Positions 1 through 9,337 of a DNA stretch of 54,836 nt are shown here, piece after piece. The stretch comes from a virus (Duplodnaviria > Caudoviricetes), in the IMG/VR virus record IMGVR_UViG_3300020045_010314, positions 1 to 54,836 of that record. One strand, 5' to 3'. The translations under genes and the position numbers were made by a program. The notes beneath the pieces are model-generated. The model ran no database searches and had not been told where the DNA came from. It saw only the letters and a list, made by a program, of their open reading frames with translations. The first letter of the stretch is position 1. Every line of letters starts with the position of its first letter.

Positions 1-234
1 ATTTTTAAATTCTTCGGACTTAATCCATTCGTCGAGTTTGGTTTGGATTTCGTCCTCAAACTGAAAGTGTTTTGATGCTTTGTAATTTTCGTCACAAAAA
101 CCACCGTAATAATTAGCATCTGCAAAATCGTGCAAATCACTAAAACTCGTAACGGTATCGGGGACAATTCCTTCTTTTATATCTGAAAGGATTTCTTTTT
201 TAGCCTGATTCAAAATAGTTTCAAAGTTTTTCAT
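1..234 (-). CDS. Hypothetical early protein, partial (runs off left edge)
   Basis: ATG at 234; frame MKNFETILNQAKKEILSDIKEG... stays open to base 1; not in ORF track. Confidence 0.7.
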   Translation of the reverse strand, partial: MKNFETILNQAKKEILSDIKEGIVPDTVTSFSDLHDFADANYYGGFCDENYKASKHFQFEDEIQTKLDEWIKSEEFKN

Positions 235-248
235 TGTTTCTATATGTG

Positions 249-461
249 TTAATTAATTTCAAAATCGTAACTTTCGGCATCCAAGCCATAATCAAAAGTC
301 AATCCGTGAGGCTTGAATTTTTCTTGCCAATTTGCTAAATCTGGATAATCAAAACCGTTTGCGCCTTCGTCCTGGAATTGCTCCCAAAGTTCTAAAAATC
401 CTTTGCTTTCTATTTCTTTTTCGAATTCCTCAATATTTGTAAAATCGTCGTTTAGTTTCAT
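249..461 (-). CDS. Hypothetical acidic early protein
   Basis: 70-aa ORF in tightly packed minus-strand block. Confidence 0.75.
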   Translation of the reverse strand: MKLNDDFTNIEEFEKEIESKGFLELWEQFQDEGANGFDYPDLANWQEKFKPHGLTFDYGLDAESYDFEIN

Positions 462-477
462 CTTTATATGTGTTTAG

Positions 478-717
478 TTAGTTTAAAATTTCGACGTTGT
501 AGCCTATATTTTTCAATTCCTGCAACAAAGGTTGATATTGTTTTTTTGTTGCTTTTTTCTGTTCGTCAATCCATTCTTGACAACAAATTGAGTGTTGCCC
601 AATATGTGCGTAACAGTCCGGAAATTTTGTGTTTTCGTCGACGAATACGGCTGTAACTTCGTCGTATTCTTTTGTGTAAACAAACTTTACTTTTATATCT
701 ACAATTTCTGTTTTCAT
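478..717 (-). CDS. Hypothetical early protein (CYAHIGQHS motif)
   Basis: 79-aa ORF with A-rich leader. Confidence 0.75.
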   Translation of the reverse strand: MKTEIVDIKVKFVYTKEYDEVTAVFVDENTKFPDCYAHIGQHSICCQEWIDEQKKATKKQYQPLLQELKNIGYNVEILN

Positions 718-756
718 TTTTTGTGATTTTTTAAATTTAAAACATGAGTTTTTGTA

Positions 757-852
757 CTAATTAAAAATAATTGAAATAGTAAATACCAAAACAATAAAGG
801 ATAAACAGTACTTTACTGTTAGATTTAGTGGGTGCGATTGTCGGTTTTTCAT
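757..852 (-). CDS. Small membrane peptide (31 aa)
   Basis: MKNRQSHPLNLTVKYCLSFIVLVFTISIIFN; ATGA overlap with upstream ORF. Confidence 0.55.
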   Translation of the reverse strand: MKNRQSHPLNLTVKYCLSFIVLVFTISIIFN

Positions 853-923
853 CGTAATAAGCAATTTAAAAGGAAATAAACCCCGACAATTGCAAGGAAT
901 AGTATTTGCGGTTTCTGTTTCAT
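849..923 (-). CDS. Small membrane peptide (24 aa)
   Basis: MKQKPQILFLAIVGVYFLLNCLLR; A-rich leader; its TGA overlaps the next ATG. Confidence 0.55.
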   Translation of the reverse strand: MKQKPQILFLAIVGVYFLLNCLLR

Positions 924-936
924 TTTAATTTATTAT

Positions 937-1098
937 TTAGTTTGTTGCTACAATTCTAACTTCATGTAATCCGTTAGGATATACTTGTACAGAATTATAT
1001 TTGTCATATAATTTTTGTCTTTTATTGTTCGCTTTTCTGATTTCGGTTTCTGTTTCATAAGGCATTGTATAAACTACTTCTTTTTTAAAATTTCCCAT
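937..1098 (-). CDS. Hypothetical protein (53 aa)
   Basis: MGNFKKEVVYTMPYETE...; below the ORF-track cutoff. Confidence 0.6.
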   Translation of the reverse strand: MGNFKKEVVYTMPYETETEIRKANNKRQKLYDKYNSVQVYPNGLHEVRIVATN

Positions 1099-1204
1099 AA
1101 CTATAATTTTTAAATTTGGTTAAAACTCTTTGTTAAAATTGTTCCCAAGCCCCAAACGAATAAGGGTTAAAAGTCTTTAAACTTACAAGGGAGTTATAAT
1201 TGGT

Positions 1205-1471
1205 TTATTTAAAAAAATAATGCGTTTTAAGATATTCGCTTGTTTCTGTTTCCCAAGAGAAATTTTGTAAAAAGTCTTTTTTGCTTATGCGTTTAAAACT
1301 CGCTTTGTTTGGGTAAAATTCCTTTATGGTTTCTATTCCGGTTTTATCCTGGTTTTTTAGAATTTCCAAAAGTTCTTCGCCGGATTGAAAAATGAAGTTT
1401 TTACAAGTGCTTCGATATTGAAACGAAATTAAAAACGTTCTTAAGTCTGTGTTATAATATGATGTTTTCAT
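1205..1471 (-). CDS. Hypothetical early protein
   Basis: 88-aa ORF. Confidence 0.7.
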   Translation of the reverse strand: MKTSYYNTDLRTFLISFQYRSTCKNFIFQSGEELLEILKNQDKTGIETIKEFYPNKASFKRISKKDFLQNFSWETETSEYLKTHYFFK

Positions 1472-1475
1472 TTTG

Positions 1476-1652
1476 CTAATTATTTAAGATTTGAATATCA
1501 ATACATTTTTGAAAGTCTTCGACGGGATAAACTCCCAAATTAAAAGGCTTGCCGACAAAATATTTTCTGTTTTCGTCGTCGGTTGTTTTTGGGTTTACGC
1601 TTGTGATATAGTTGTAAATTGGATTTTCGAATATTACTTTTATCGTTTTCAT
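1476..1652 (-). CDS. Hypothetical protein (58 aa)
   Basis: MKTIKVIFENPIYNYITSVN...; ATGA-coupled to upstream ORF. Confidence 0.65.
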   Translation of the reverse strand: MKTIKVIFENPIYNYITSVNPKTTDDENRKYFVGKPFNLGVYPVEDFQKCIDIQILNN

Positions 1653-1807
1653 TTTTTCAATTGTTTAGGCGTTAAATCGATTTTAAAAGTTTCTTTGTGC
1701 CAATCACAAGCCAATAAAATAATATCTTTCATTGTGTGATAGCCTCCTTTGTCGATTGCTTTAAGTTTTAAAGCGTTGATTTGCTTAGTTGATTCTAATT
1801 GATTCAT
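1649..1807 (-). CDS. Hypothetical protein (52 aa)
   Basis: MNQLESTKQINALKLK...; fills the gap in the operon. Confidence 0.6.
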   Translation of the reverse strand: MNQLESTKQINALKLKAIDKGGYHTMKDIILLACDWHKETFKIDLTPKQLKK

Positions 1808-1814
1808 AATGCTT

Positions 1815-2321
1815 TTAATTTTGGGTTAATACCTTAACTTGTGGCGCAAAAATTCTCAAAATCAAATCATAATAATCTTTGTAAAATTTCAAATTGTGGC
1901 TAATTTGATTGTAATTAATTCCAAGAGTAGGAGCGAAAAAATCAGCTATTTGAATTTTGATAGTTCTAACAAAACTTTGCGCCTCCAATGCGGGACAATT
2001 GCCTTTTTTTGTTGGTTTTACTGGACAATCATCGGAATAATAAAAAGATTCTAATTCTTTAAAATAAATATTCCAATCTTCTTGTTTTAATTGATAGGCT
2101 TGTTTTTGGTCTAAAATAACTTCGGAAGGAATAACCCGATTATTATATATTTCCTCTTCTGTTTCAAACTTGTAAAAGTTTAAAATTTCGTTTGCTTTCT
2201 TTTCTACTATTTCAGTAATTAAATCACTAAATGCGATAGCCTCAAATAATGATTTGACAATTTTTACATTTTCTTCGTTATTGGCAAATTCTTTTAATTC
2301 TTGAGCGGTTAAATTATTCAT
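1815..2321 (-). CDS. Hypothetical early protein
   Basis: 168-aa ORF. Confidence 0.8.
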   Translation of the reverse strand: MNNLTAQELKEFANNEENVKIVKSLFEAIAFSDLITEIVEKKANEILNFYKFETEEEIYNNRVIPSEVILDQKQAYQLKQEDWNIYFKELESFYYSDDCPVKPTKKGNCPALEAQSFVRTIKIQIADFFAPTLGINYNQISHNLKFYKDYYDLILRIFAPQVKVLTQN

Positions 2322-2460
2322 AATATAAATTTTTGATTGTTGTTTTTTGATGTTGAAATTTGGCTAAAAGTCTTAAAACTAATAGCACACATTTAAAGAC
2401 TTTCCACCATATAAGGCGAAACTAATTTTGTCGAAGATTTTAGATAGTGTTTTCATTTGT

Positions 2461-2886
2461 TTAGTTGTTAGGGATCATATTAGATATTGTTGCACCGTTT
2501 TTTAAAGTGGTAAAATCTTGTTTCATCGGTTGAATAAATTTTCGATAATCAATTTTTTTAGGTTCTGGAAATAAATTTGATAGTATTAATAAATTGTATA
2601 ATTCATCAATGTTAAATGTTCCCAATGCTCCTGATCCTCCTTTTATTGCATTGCCTTTTTTATTGGTTTTACATAAACCGTATAAAAAATTACCTTCGCC
2701 TAAATCAATAACATTTGTTATTAATGCGTTATTTATATATGTTCCATAACCTACATAAATAAGTTTACAATTTGTAGCAGGATAACTTTGACCAATAGTC
2801 TCGTTATTTATAATTCTACCATTTGAAAAATCACCATAAAAAGATGTTCCTTCAAATATTCCAGATGTAACTAAAAATTTTTTCAT
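2461..2886 (-). CDS. Hypothetical early protein (first gene of leftward block)
   Basis: 141-aa ORF just downstream of a consensus promoter. Confidence 0.75.
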   Translation of the reverse strand: MKKFLVTSGIFEGTSFYGDFSNGRIINNETIGQSYPATNCKLIYVGYGTYINNALITNVIDLGEGNFLYGLCKTNKKGNAIKGGSGALGTFNIDELYNLLILSNLFPEPKKIDYRKFIQPMKQDFTTLKNGATISNMIPNN

Positions 2887-2936
2887 AATAATAATATATA
2901 AGATTAATAATGTGTGATTGTTTCGTTTTGATGTAG

Positions 2937-2997
2937 CAAATATATGTCAGAAGAATATATCCCGCAAATATATTTGGTAATTATTTCCATTTACAAA
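2937..2997 (-). promoter_or_regulatory. Tandem Bacteroidota sigma-70 promoters for leftward early genes
   Basis: TATATTTG at 2944-2937 and 2972-2965, each with TTTG 20-21 bp upstream (2968-2965, 2997-2994). Confidence 0.7.
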
Positions 2998-3884
2998 CGA
3001 CTAAGTTAATAAAGTGAGTGAAACCAATACTTCACAAGGATTTAATGTTATGAATAAAATCCTACAAAATAAAATAATACCTTCAAAACTCCCAAATAAA
3101 ACAAAGAAATACAAAGAGAAAAACACCAGGAACAAACAACAAAAAGCATCTAATTAAAATCATACACGAAAAGAAACAAAAACACCCAAACGAAATAAAC
3201 GCATATAAGCAGTTAAAAACGATTGACAATATAAACACATCACAATTAAATAATATTCAAGGAATACCGCCAAAACTACCCAATAAGACAGAAGTAAAGC
3301 ATAAGACAAAACACAAGACTATTTTATACTTCCTTAACTCTATTAATCTAGTAGAATTAAGATAAGATTAAAAGGTATGATATAGGGCTATCACAACACT
3401 AAATACGGCTAGTAATTGAAATTATATTTGTGTGCTGCTGCTGGTGATCTAATATGAAATAGTTTCCTATTGTTGATTGATAAAGTCGGAGTAAAACAGT
3501 ATTATAAATTGGTTAAGCCTTGTTATCATTGGGATTGATAGCTTAAATAGTTAATCATACTAAGATTAAGTTAGTAAATTAGTTATGCAAATGTGCTATT
3601 AATCCAGAAGTAAGGCCAATTTGAAACGATTTAGGAACTGAAAACCAAAAACAGCACCCACCCCATTGATTTATTACGTTTCCTTTGCTATGATTGACCC
3701 CGTATGATGGCATATAACCCCAACCCTCCTCTTTTCTCTCTAATATTAAACCTCCCCACGAGTATCAGCGTTAGGAGATTCGTAGGCTTGAATAAGCGCT
3801 TCCTTACGGGCGAAAAGGGGTATTCCTGTGTTCTTGGATAGGCGTTTTGGTTATCGTTGCTTACAAGGCTTTGTTTGGATTACA

Positions 3885-3956
3885 GAAATAGTTTCCATTG
3901 AAAGTGAAATTATTTCCATTTTTGTTAGGTTATGTGAAACTAATGGCGTAAATTTG
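3885..3956 (+). promoter_or_regulatory. Rightward promoter with two upstream GAAATWRTTTCCA boxes
   Basis: TAAATTTG at 3949-3956; boxes at 3885-3897 and 3906-3918. Confidence 0.55.
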
Positions 3957-3988
3957 CCTTGTTGAATTATTAGAGAGATTAGTTTAGT

Positions 3989-4029
3989 ACACCCTAAACC
4001 TCTAAATAGTAGTTATAGACACCCTAAAC
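3989..4029 (+). repeat. Direct repeat ACACCCTAAAC x2 (30-bp period), likely operator
   Basis: Copies at 3989-3999 and 4019-4029, immediately upstream of the RHH-like gene. Confidence 0.6.
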
Positions 4030-4039
4030 TAATTAAGAT

Positions 4040-4291
4040 ATGAGGCCATTAAAGTACGGTGAAGAAATGGTAAGAGTTCCTGTTAAGGTTCCTGCATCTT
4101 CTGTGGCGGAATTTAAGGTTATGGTTAGGGAGTTTTTGGATAAACGAGTTTTGGTTAAGAGTGAGGGAGTAAATGAGGGTGTAAAAGCTAAAAATGAAGG
4201 AGTAAAAATCAATCCTGAATTAATATCTGCTCCGGCCAAGCCAAAATGGATGTTGGACGCCGAGGAACGAATGAAAAGAAATAAAGTATGA
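4040..4291 (+). CDS. Putative ribbon-helix-helix DNA-binding protein
   Basis: RPLKYGEE-MVRVPVKVP-helix pattern typical of RHH/CopG-like proteins. Confidence 0.55.
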   Translation: MRPLKYGEEMVRVPVKVPASSVAEFKVMVREFLDKRVLVKSEGVNEGVKAKNEGVKINPELISAPAKPKWMLDAEERMKRNKV

Positions 4292-4418
4292 AAGTAATCT
4301 ATATGGCTGAAACTATTCATTTATTGGGCGACGAAAAAGCCACGGCACTCATCCCAAAAGGAACAGTAAAGAAAACAGAAGAAGGAATTCAGTATTTAGT
4401 AATAAACGAAGAGAAATT

Positions 4419-4652
4419 ATGATGGATAGAGTTTACAAGGAAATAAGAGGTTGCGTAGTGAGATTTGACGGTTACGAAGGCATTGTTTGCGGGTATTCAG
4501 ACGGGCGATATTTGGCGGCGACAGAAACCAAGCCCGAATGTTGTTTCCGGAAAATCGACAAAGGCACTACGATAGAAGACGATTTCAAAGATTCGAAATA
4601 CAGATATTTTTACGTGAATGAGGCGGATGTAATTAAACAACAGAAATTATGA
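4419..4652 (+). CDS. Hypothetical protein
   Basis: 77-aa ORF in coupled operon. Confidence 0.7.
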   Translation: MMDRVYKEIRGCVVRFDGYEGIVCGYSDGRYLAATETKPECCFRKIDKGTTIEDDFKDSKYRYFYVNEADVIKQQKL

Positions 4653-4738
4653 ATAAGGTCAGAGAGTTTTGGTCGTGGTTATTGAAGGAATTGCAGGAAA
4701 CGTCGGCGAATTGCCCAAAGGAAACTCGATGGTAGTAA

Positions 4739-4945
4739 ATGGCAAAACAAGACACAAAGAAATACATTCCAGATTTACTTCCTGCGGGGACGATTGTAGA
4801 AGTAGTGAAGTACAATATTAGGACCGGAGAATTTATAGGAATGAAACTAATGAGTCACGGAGATTTCAAGAATATGGTGAAGCAGAAAGGGTTTCGGTAT
4901 CAAGAGTTTCAGAAAAATTTCTCACAATACAAAGATAAAACATGA
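4739..4945 (+). CDS. Hypothetical protein
   Basis: 68-aa ORF, overlaps MTase start. Confidence 0.7.
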   Translation: MAKQDTKKYIPDLLPAGTIVEVVKYNIRTGEFIGMKLMSHGDFKNMVKQKGFRYQEFQKNFSQYKDKT

Positions 4946-5385
4946 AAAACATTCACATTAACAACGACGACAATTACGCAACTCCTCCAGAATTGTATAA
5001 TGAATTGAATGAGGAGTTTCACTTTGATTTTGATCCTTGTCCTTATAATGAAAAAGAGATCGTAAATAACGGATTGATCGTCGATTGGGGGATGTCTAAT
5101 TACATAAATCCTCCATATTCTCAAAAATTAAAGGAATTATTTGTAAAAAAAGCAATAAACGAAGCTAAAAAAGGCAAAACCTGTGTGTTATTGATACCCG
5201 TAAGCACTTCTACAATATTATTTCACGATCATATTAAACCAAACGCAAAAGAAATAAGGTTTTTAAAAGGCAGAATAAAGTTTGGTAAGCGAGATAAGGA
5301 AGGGAATTTCTATTTGCCTCTAAATTCAAAAGGAAAAACGCAATCAGGTACAAAAGACAGTATGATCGTTATTTTTAAAAACTAA
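4942..5385 (+). CDS. Phage DNA N6-adenine methyltransferase (Dam-like family)
   Basis: YATPPELY, FDFDPC, catalytic NPPY, LLIPV, IRFLKGRIKF motifs. Confidence 0.9.
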   Translation: MKNIHINNDDNYATPPELYNELNEEFHFDFDPCPYNEKEIVNNGLIVDWGMSNYINPPYSQKLKELFVKKAINEAKKGKTCVLLIPVSTSTILFHDHIKPNAKEIRFLKGRIKFGKRDKEGNFYLPLNSKGKTQSGTKDSMIVIFKN

Positions 5386-5576
5386 TGGAATTATTCAACA
5401 GCACCGGATTTGAAGTTGACGATAGAGTTTTCGTCGTTCTTGAGGGACAAAAGTACTTTGGAACCGTAATAAAATGCGACGAAAGGCTTGACAGGATAAA
5501 GGTCGATTTTTCGTCGGATAGAGAATGTGAGGTAGCGCAGTGGTTTCACAAGAGTTTCTGGAGTAAGCAAAACTAA
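5385..5576 (+). CDS. Hypothetical small SH3/KOW-like protein
   Basis: 63 aa; FEVDDRVFV...GTVIK beta pattern. Confidence 0.6.
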   Translation: MELFNSTGFEVDDRVFVVLEGQKYFGTVIKCDERLDRIKVDFSSDRECEVAQWFHKSFWSKQN

Positions 5577-5718
5577 ACGGTATGATTATAGGAATTATCA
5601 TTTTAGGGATTATAGAGTTTTGGCTACATCCAAGACTTGACAGAACAAGCGAAGGAGATTGGCTTATTTGGTACGGAAACAAAAATCGAAAATATTTTAA
5701 AATTTAAAACAAATACAA

Positions 5719-6084
5719 ATGGAAGTAGTAGGCAAAATTAAATTGATTAGAAACATTCAAGTAGTATCGGACAAGTTTCAAAAGAGAGAATTTGTAGTAG
5801 AGACAAATGACCAATATCCGCAATTATTACAACTTGAATTGCAAGGGCAAAATTGCGATATTATTGACGCGTACAAGGAAGGGCAAGAGGTTTCTTGTTC
5901 GTTAAACCTCCGAGGAAGGGCTTGGACAAATCCACAAGGTGAAGAAAAGTACTTCAATACGATAGTTTGTTGGAAAATACAACCTTCAAATGCTCCCGTA
6001 TGCGGAACAGCAAATACCGCAAAAACTAAAACCAATCCTAAAGAAGTTGCAGGAAACGACGACGACGGGGATTTACCATTTTAA
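5719..6084 (+). CDS. ssb: Single-stranded DNA-binding protein (DUF3127 type)
   Basis: FQKREFVVET..QYPQ, NLRGRAW, YFNTIVCWKI; acidic DDDGDLPF tail. Confidence 0.9.
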   Translation: MEVVGKIKLIRNIQVVSDKFQKREFVVETNDQYPQLLQLELQGQNCDIIDAYKEGQEVSCSLNLRGRAWTNPQGEEKYFNTIVCWKIQPSNAPVCGTANTAKTKTNPKEVAGNDDDGDLPF

Positions 6085-6106
6085 AATACTGTTGCCTTAG
6101 ACACCG

Positions 6107-6217
6107 CTAGGAGAAGGTAAAGCCATTGGATTACGGTAAAATCTCGAATGGAGCGTCAATCTACTCAAAGATTGGGTGAGTACGGAAGGAATAAGCGTAT
6201 GCCTAGTTCAACCTCAC
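6107..6217 (+). ncRNA. Candidate structured ncRNA
   Basis: GC-richer intergenic stretch; CTAGG/CCTAG closing stem around three hairpins. Confidence 0.35.
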
Positions 6218-6242
6218 ATTTTTTAATTTAAACAGCAGCGAA

Positions 6243-6440
6243 ATGTCAGATTTCAAGAAAATAATAACATTCAGTGTAGTATCTGATATTTTAACGGGTA
6301 GCCGGAATGTAATACGGGCAAATAGACCTAACGCAAGTCATTCGGAGGCGATGGATGAATTATACGTGTTTTTGGCATTGTGGGTCGAAAAAAACGCCAA
6401 ATCGAAAGAAGTAAAAGTAACCATAAAAACTAAAAAATAA
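6243..6440 (+). CDS. Hypothetical protein (possible HTH)
   Basis: 65-aa ORF. Confidence 0.6.
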   Translation: MSDFKKIITFSVVSDILTGSRNVIRANRPNASHSEAMDELYVFLALWVEKNAKSKEVKVTIKTKK

Positions 6441-6441
6441 A

Positions 6442-6705
6442 ATGCAAAAAATCACACACGTTTTAGAAGAAAAAGGGAATGGAGTTCAAATTGTAAAAAA
6501 CTTCTTCTTGTATGAGAATGAGGGGAATATTTTGCAACAGGCGCAAAGTTTCTTTACGAAGAAAGAAAAAAAAGAGGCGAAATCGCTTTATAAGTTCAAT
6601 GTGGAAAACAACCCTGCAAGACATCAAGTCGAAAGAGAGGATTTAATTTCTCATTTCCTAAAAGGCACAATCCCAAATTGGAATATCAAATTTAATCTTT
6701 TGTAG
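6442..6705 (+). CDS. Hypothetical protein
   Basis: 87-aa ORF. Confidence 0.7.
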   Translation: MQKITHVLEEKGNGVQIVKNFFLYENEGNILQQAQSFFTKKEKKEAKSLYKFNVENNPARHQVEREDLISHFLKGTIPNWNIKFNLL

Positions 6706-6969
6706 GATGAAAAAGCCAAGATTCACATTTGACAGAAGCGAGGGATTTGTTCTCGGAATAGCAATCGACAGCAGGGAAGTTCAATTCGGGCTGACTATGT
6801 GGATTGTAATCTTTAAATTTAGGAGATAATGAGGAAATTCAAAAGGTTTATAACTGTAGTATCTTTTCAGATAGGGGTTAATGTTATTGGGTTGCCTATT
6901 TTTTGGAAGAATTTTTTCTACGACGATTATCAGTACGAGGCGCAAAGTAATTCTAAATACGTAAAATAG

Positions 6970-7164
6970 ATGGGCATAACCGGATTGTCAATGAAAAGAA
7001 AGCGTCTTGCCTTAAAGTGGCAAGCTCAACACAAAAACGCAGAGTTAAGTGCAGTTCTACGATTTTACCCAGAACATCACCTATGGGATGTGCCAAAAAA
7101 CGAGTGGAATTGGCTTTGCTTCCAAGAATTTTTCAGATTACAAAATGAAATCGCTAATAAATAA
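6970..7164 (+). CDS. Hypothetical protein
   Basis: 64-aa ORF. Confidence 0.6.
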   Translation: MGITGLSMKRKRLALKWQAQHKNAELSAVLRFYPEHHLWDVPKNEWNWLCFQEFFRLQNEIANK

Positions 7165-7169
7165 AAGAT

Positions 7170-7367
7170 ATGATAACAGAAGTAGTTATTTGGCAAGGAA
7201 AGGCAAAAATTATTTTGCACGCTGAAAATGAATTTGAAAAAGATTTAATTGAAAAAATCAAAGATAGTAGTATTGGATATAAAACAAATACAGAAGTTTT
7301 AACTACTTCTAATTACTATTCCCATTCTAAACATAGAATTGAAATAAGTTTAATTGAAAAAGAATAA
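7170..7367 (+). CDS. Hypothetical protein
   Basis: 65-aa ORF. Confidence 0.65.
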   Translation: MITEVVIWQGKAKIILHAENEFEKDLIEKIKDSSIGYKTNTEVLTTSNYYSHSKHRIEISLIEKE

Positions 7368-7370
7368 TTT

Positions 7371-7730
7371 ATGACGGAAGAAGAAACAATGTTCAATCTA
7401 ATCGAGTTTCGGTTGTTGAATCAAAGAATGGTGGAGATATTGGATGATTTGCATTTAAAAACACACCCTCTTAAAAATCAAAAACTAAATCAGCAACTCA
7501 AGGGAGTGTACGCGGTGCTTGACAAACAAACAAAACTGTACGATAATTTGTTCGAGAGACACAGCGACGACACGATGTATTATTACGACGTTATTTGCGA
7601 AAACTCGAAAACGCTAATGAGCAAAAACCTGCTCGACAAAGCCTTGATAAACACGTTTTTGTTTTGCAACAACAAGAATCCAAAGGCAATGGCCGGAATA
7701 CTCAACAAAATTATAAAGGAAAAATTATGA
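7371..7730 (+). CDS. Hypothetical protein
   Basis: 119-aa ORF. Confidence 0.7.
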   Translation: MTEEETMFNLIEFRLLNQRMVEILDDLHLKTHPLKNQKLNQQLKGVYAVLDKQTKLYDNLFERHSDDTMYYYDVICENSKTLMSKNLLDKALINTFLFCNNKNPKAMAGILNKIIKEKL

Positions 7731-7957
7731 AAATAGATTGGTGTAAAATTTTAGGACATAAATGGTCTCCTACTGAGTTTAAAGGGTATTTTGAAGACGG
7801 TAAATATGTAATTCTTAATGGAAAAAATCAATGCAAAAGATGTAATCCTAATCCCACGCAACTTACAAAAGAAGAGATAGTTAAGTTAAAAAAAGCTCTT
7901 AAAGAAATGTTTAATGATGAAGTTGTAAACTTCAGCGAAAATCACTATAAAAAATGA
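7727..7957 (+). CDS. DUF1660-like small Zn-binding protein
   Basis: Start revised to the ATGA overlap at 7727: MKIDWCKILGHKW...CKRC. Confidence 0.6.
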   Translation: MKIDWCKILGHKWSPTEFKGYFEDGKYVILNGKNQCKRCNPNPTQLTKEEIVKLKKALKEMFNDEVVNFSENHYKK

Positions 7958-8253
7958 TAGATAAAATAACCTTCTGCGAAGTAATCGAGAATCTACGCCA
8001 ACAAATGTATTTGGACCGCAAACATGGAGAGAGTATTTCTGAAATGTTTGGCATACCGATAAAATGTAGCTACAACGACGGATTTCTTGTAAAATCGATA
8101 ATGAAGTTATTGCAGGTTCATTTTCCTAAAACCGATGACGGCTTCTGTAGAATTGAGTTTTACGTAGATTTTTTAGAGTTTGGAAAAGGGAGTGATGAAG
8201 TCATTGAAGCCAGTGAATTGTACGATACTTTAATTAACGACCTAAAATACTAA
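7954..8253 (+). CDS. Hypothetical protein
   Basis: 99-aa ORF. Confidence 0.75.
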   Translation: MIDKITFCEVIENLRQQMYLDRKHGESISEMFGIPIKCSYNDGFLVKSIMKLLQVHFPKTDDGFCRIEFYVDFLEFGKGSDEVIEASELYDTLINDLKY

Positions 8254-8256
8254 GTT

Positions 8257-8493
8257 ATGGCAGTATTAAGAATTAAGGAATTGCCAGTTTACGAATCTAA
8301 ACCCGCACAATACCAAATAGGAATAGACACTTTCACTCGATCCGAAGCTAATATGACTAAGGATGAAATACTAGCTTGTTGCAGGTTTAATATCGATAAA
8401 TACACTTGGCGAAAAAAATGTCAAGATTATCAGGATTTCAAGAAAATAATCGATTATGCAAATTTTGCGATTAAACAATTAGAGAAAGAATAA
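8257..8493 (+). CDS. DUF3310/SaV-like protein
   Basis: PAQYQIGID...FNIDKYTWRKK..QDFKKIIDY pattern. Confidence 0.75.
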   Translation: MAVLRIKELPVYESKPAQYQIGIDTFTRSEANMTKDEILACCRFNIDKYTWRKKCQDYQDFKKIIDYANFAIKQLEKE

Positions 8494-9323
8494 TGGAAGA
8501 AGAAACTCCAAAAAAGCTACGAAAGCCCCAACACAACAATTTTTCAGGAATGAAAAAGAAGGTTAAAAAGGGTCGTCCGAAAGGTCCGAAGAAGAAATAT
8601 GGTGATATGTCTCAATTCGGAAAAGTAAAGCCAGGATGTTCGGAATATCAAAAAAAGACGATGGAAAGCTTTATGAAGGTGCGCGAAGGCGAAACGAAGG
8701 AACAATGGCAAAAACGCACACGTCGTAGGAGGGTAAAGGAGATTGACGAAATAGAGGAAATGAGACAATACCATCCTTTGAGAATTTTACAACGTCAGCG
8801 TGACCGTATAGCGGTAAAAAATAAGAATAAGTACATTGTTGTTCAGCCTACGGTTAGGGAATTTGACTTCATGCGATTTTACGGCATCGTCATTAATTTT
8901 TACGCTACGAAATACGGGATTAGAAAATACGAATTTGAATTGGGGTTTTATTTCTACGATAACATTCCTTTTACCCGTGATAGATTTGAAAATGCTTGTA
9001 TTTTGATGACAGGAACAAGCGTGAGTCGGGTTAGCAGGGCTGTTAACGATGGGCTAATCGAAGAAATTATCCATACGGTAAAAACTTACGGAGCCGAAGA
9101 TAAATATGAGCGAACAGGGTTGTTTCGACTTACAAAAGTATTCGTTGATAGGCTAACATATATTTACCGTACCCTTGGAAAAATGAATGGAATACGATTA
9201 GCTCAACCTACGCTAACCTCTCTGAATCCTGAAATAAAAAAGTTGATTCAGGAAATGAATGAAGAGGTTATGGAAATTCAGATGGGTAATAAACCGCAGG
9301 ACTTAATAAAAAAAATTAACTAA
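8493..9323 (+). CDS. Putative winged-helix transcription regulator with basic N-terminal extension
   Basis: K/R-rich N-terminus; C-terminal SVSRVSRAVNDGLIEE...GLFRLT MarR-like wHTH pattern. Confidence 0.5.
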   Translation: MEEETPKKLRKPQHNNFSGMKKKVKKGRPKGPKKKYGDMSQFGKVKPGCSEYQKKTMESFMKVREGETKEQWQKRTRRRRVKEIDEIEEMRQYHPLRILQRQRDRIAVKNKNKYIVVQPTVREFDFMRFYGIVINFYATKYGIRKYEFELGFYFYDNIPFTRDRFENACILMTGTSVSRVSRAVNDGLIEEIIHTVKTYGAEDKYERTGLFRLTKVFVDRLTYIYRTLGKMNGIRLAQPTLTSLNPEIKKLIQEMNEEVMEIQMGNKPQDLIKKIN

Positions 9324-9337
9324 ATAAAATAGAAAAG

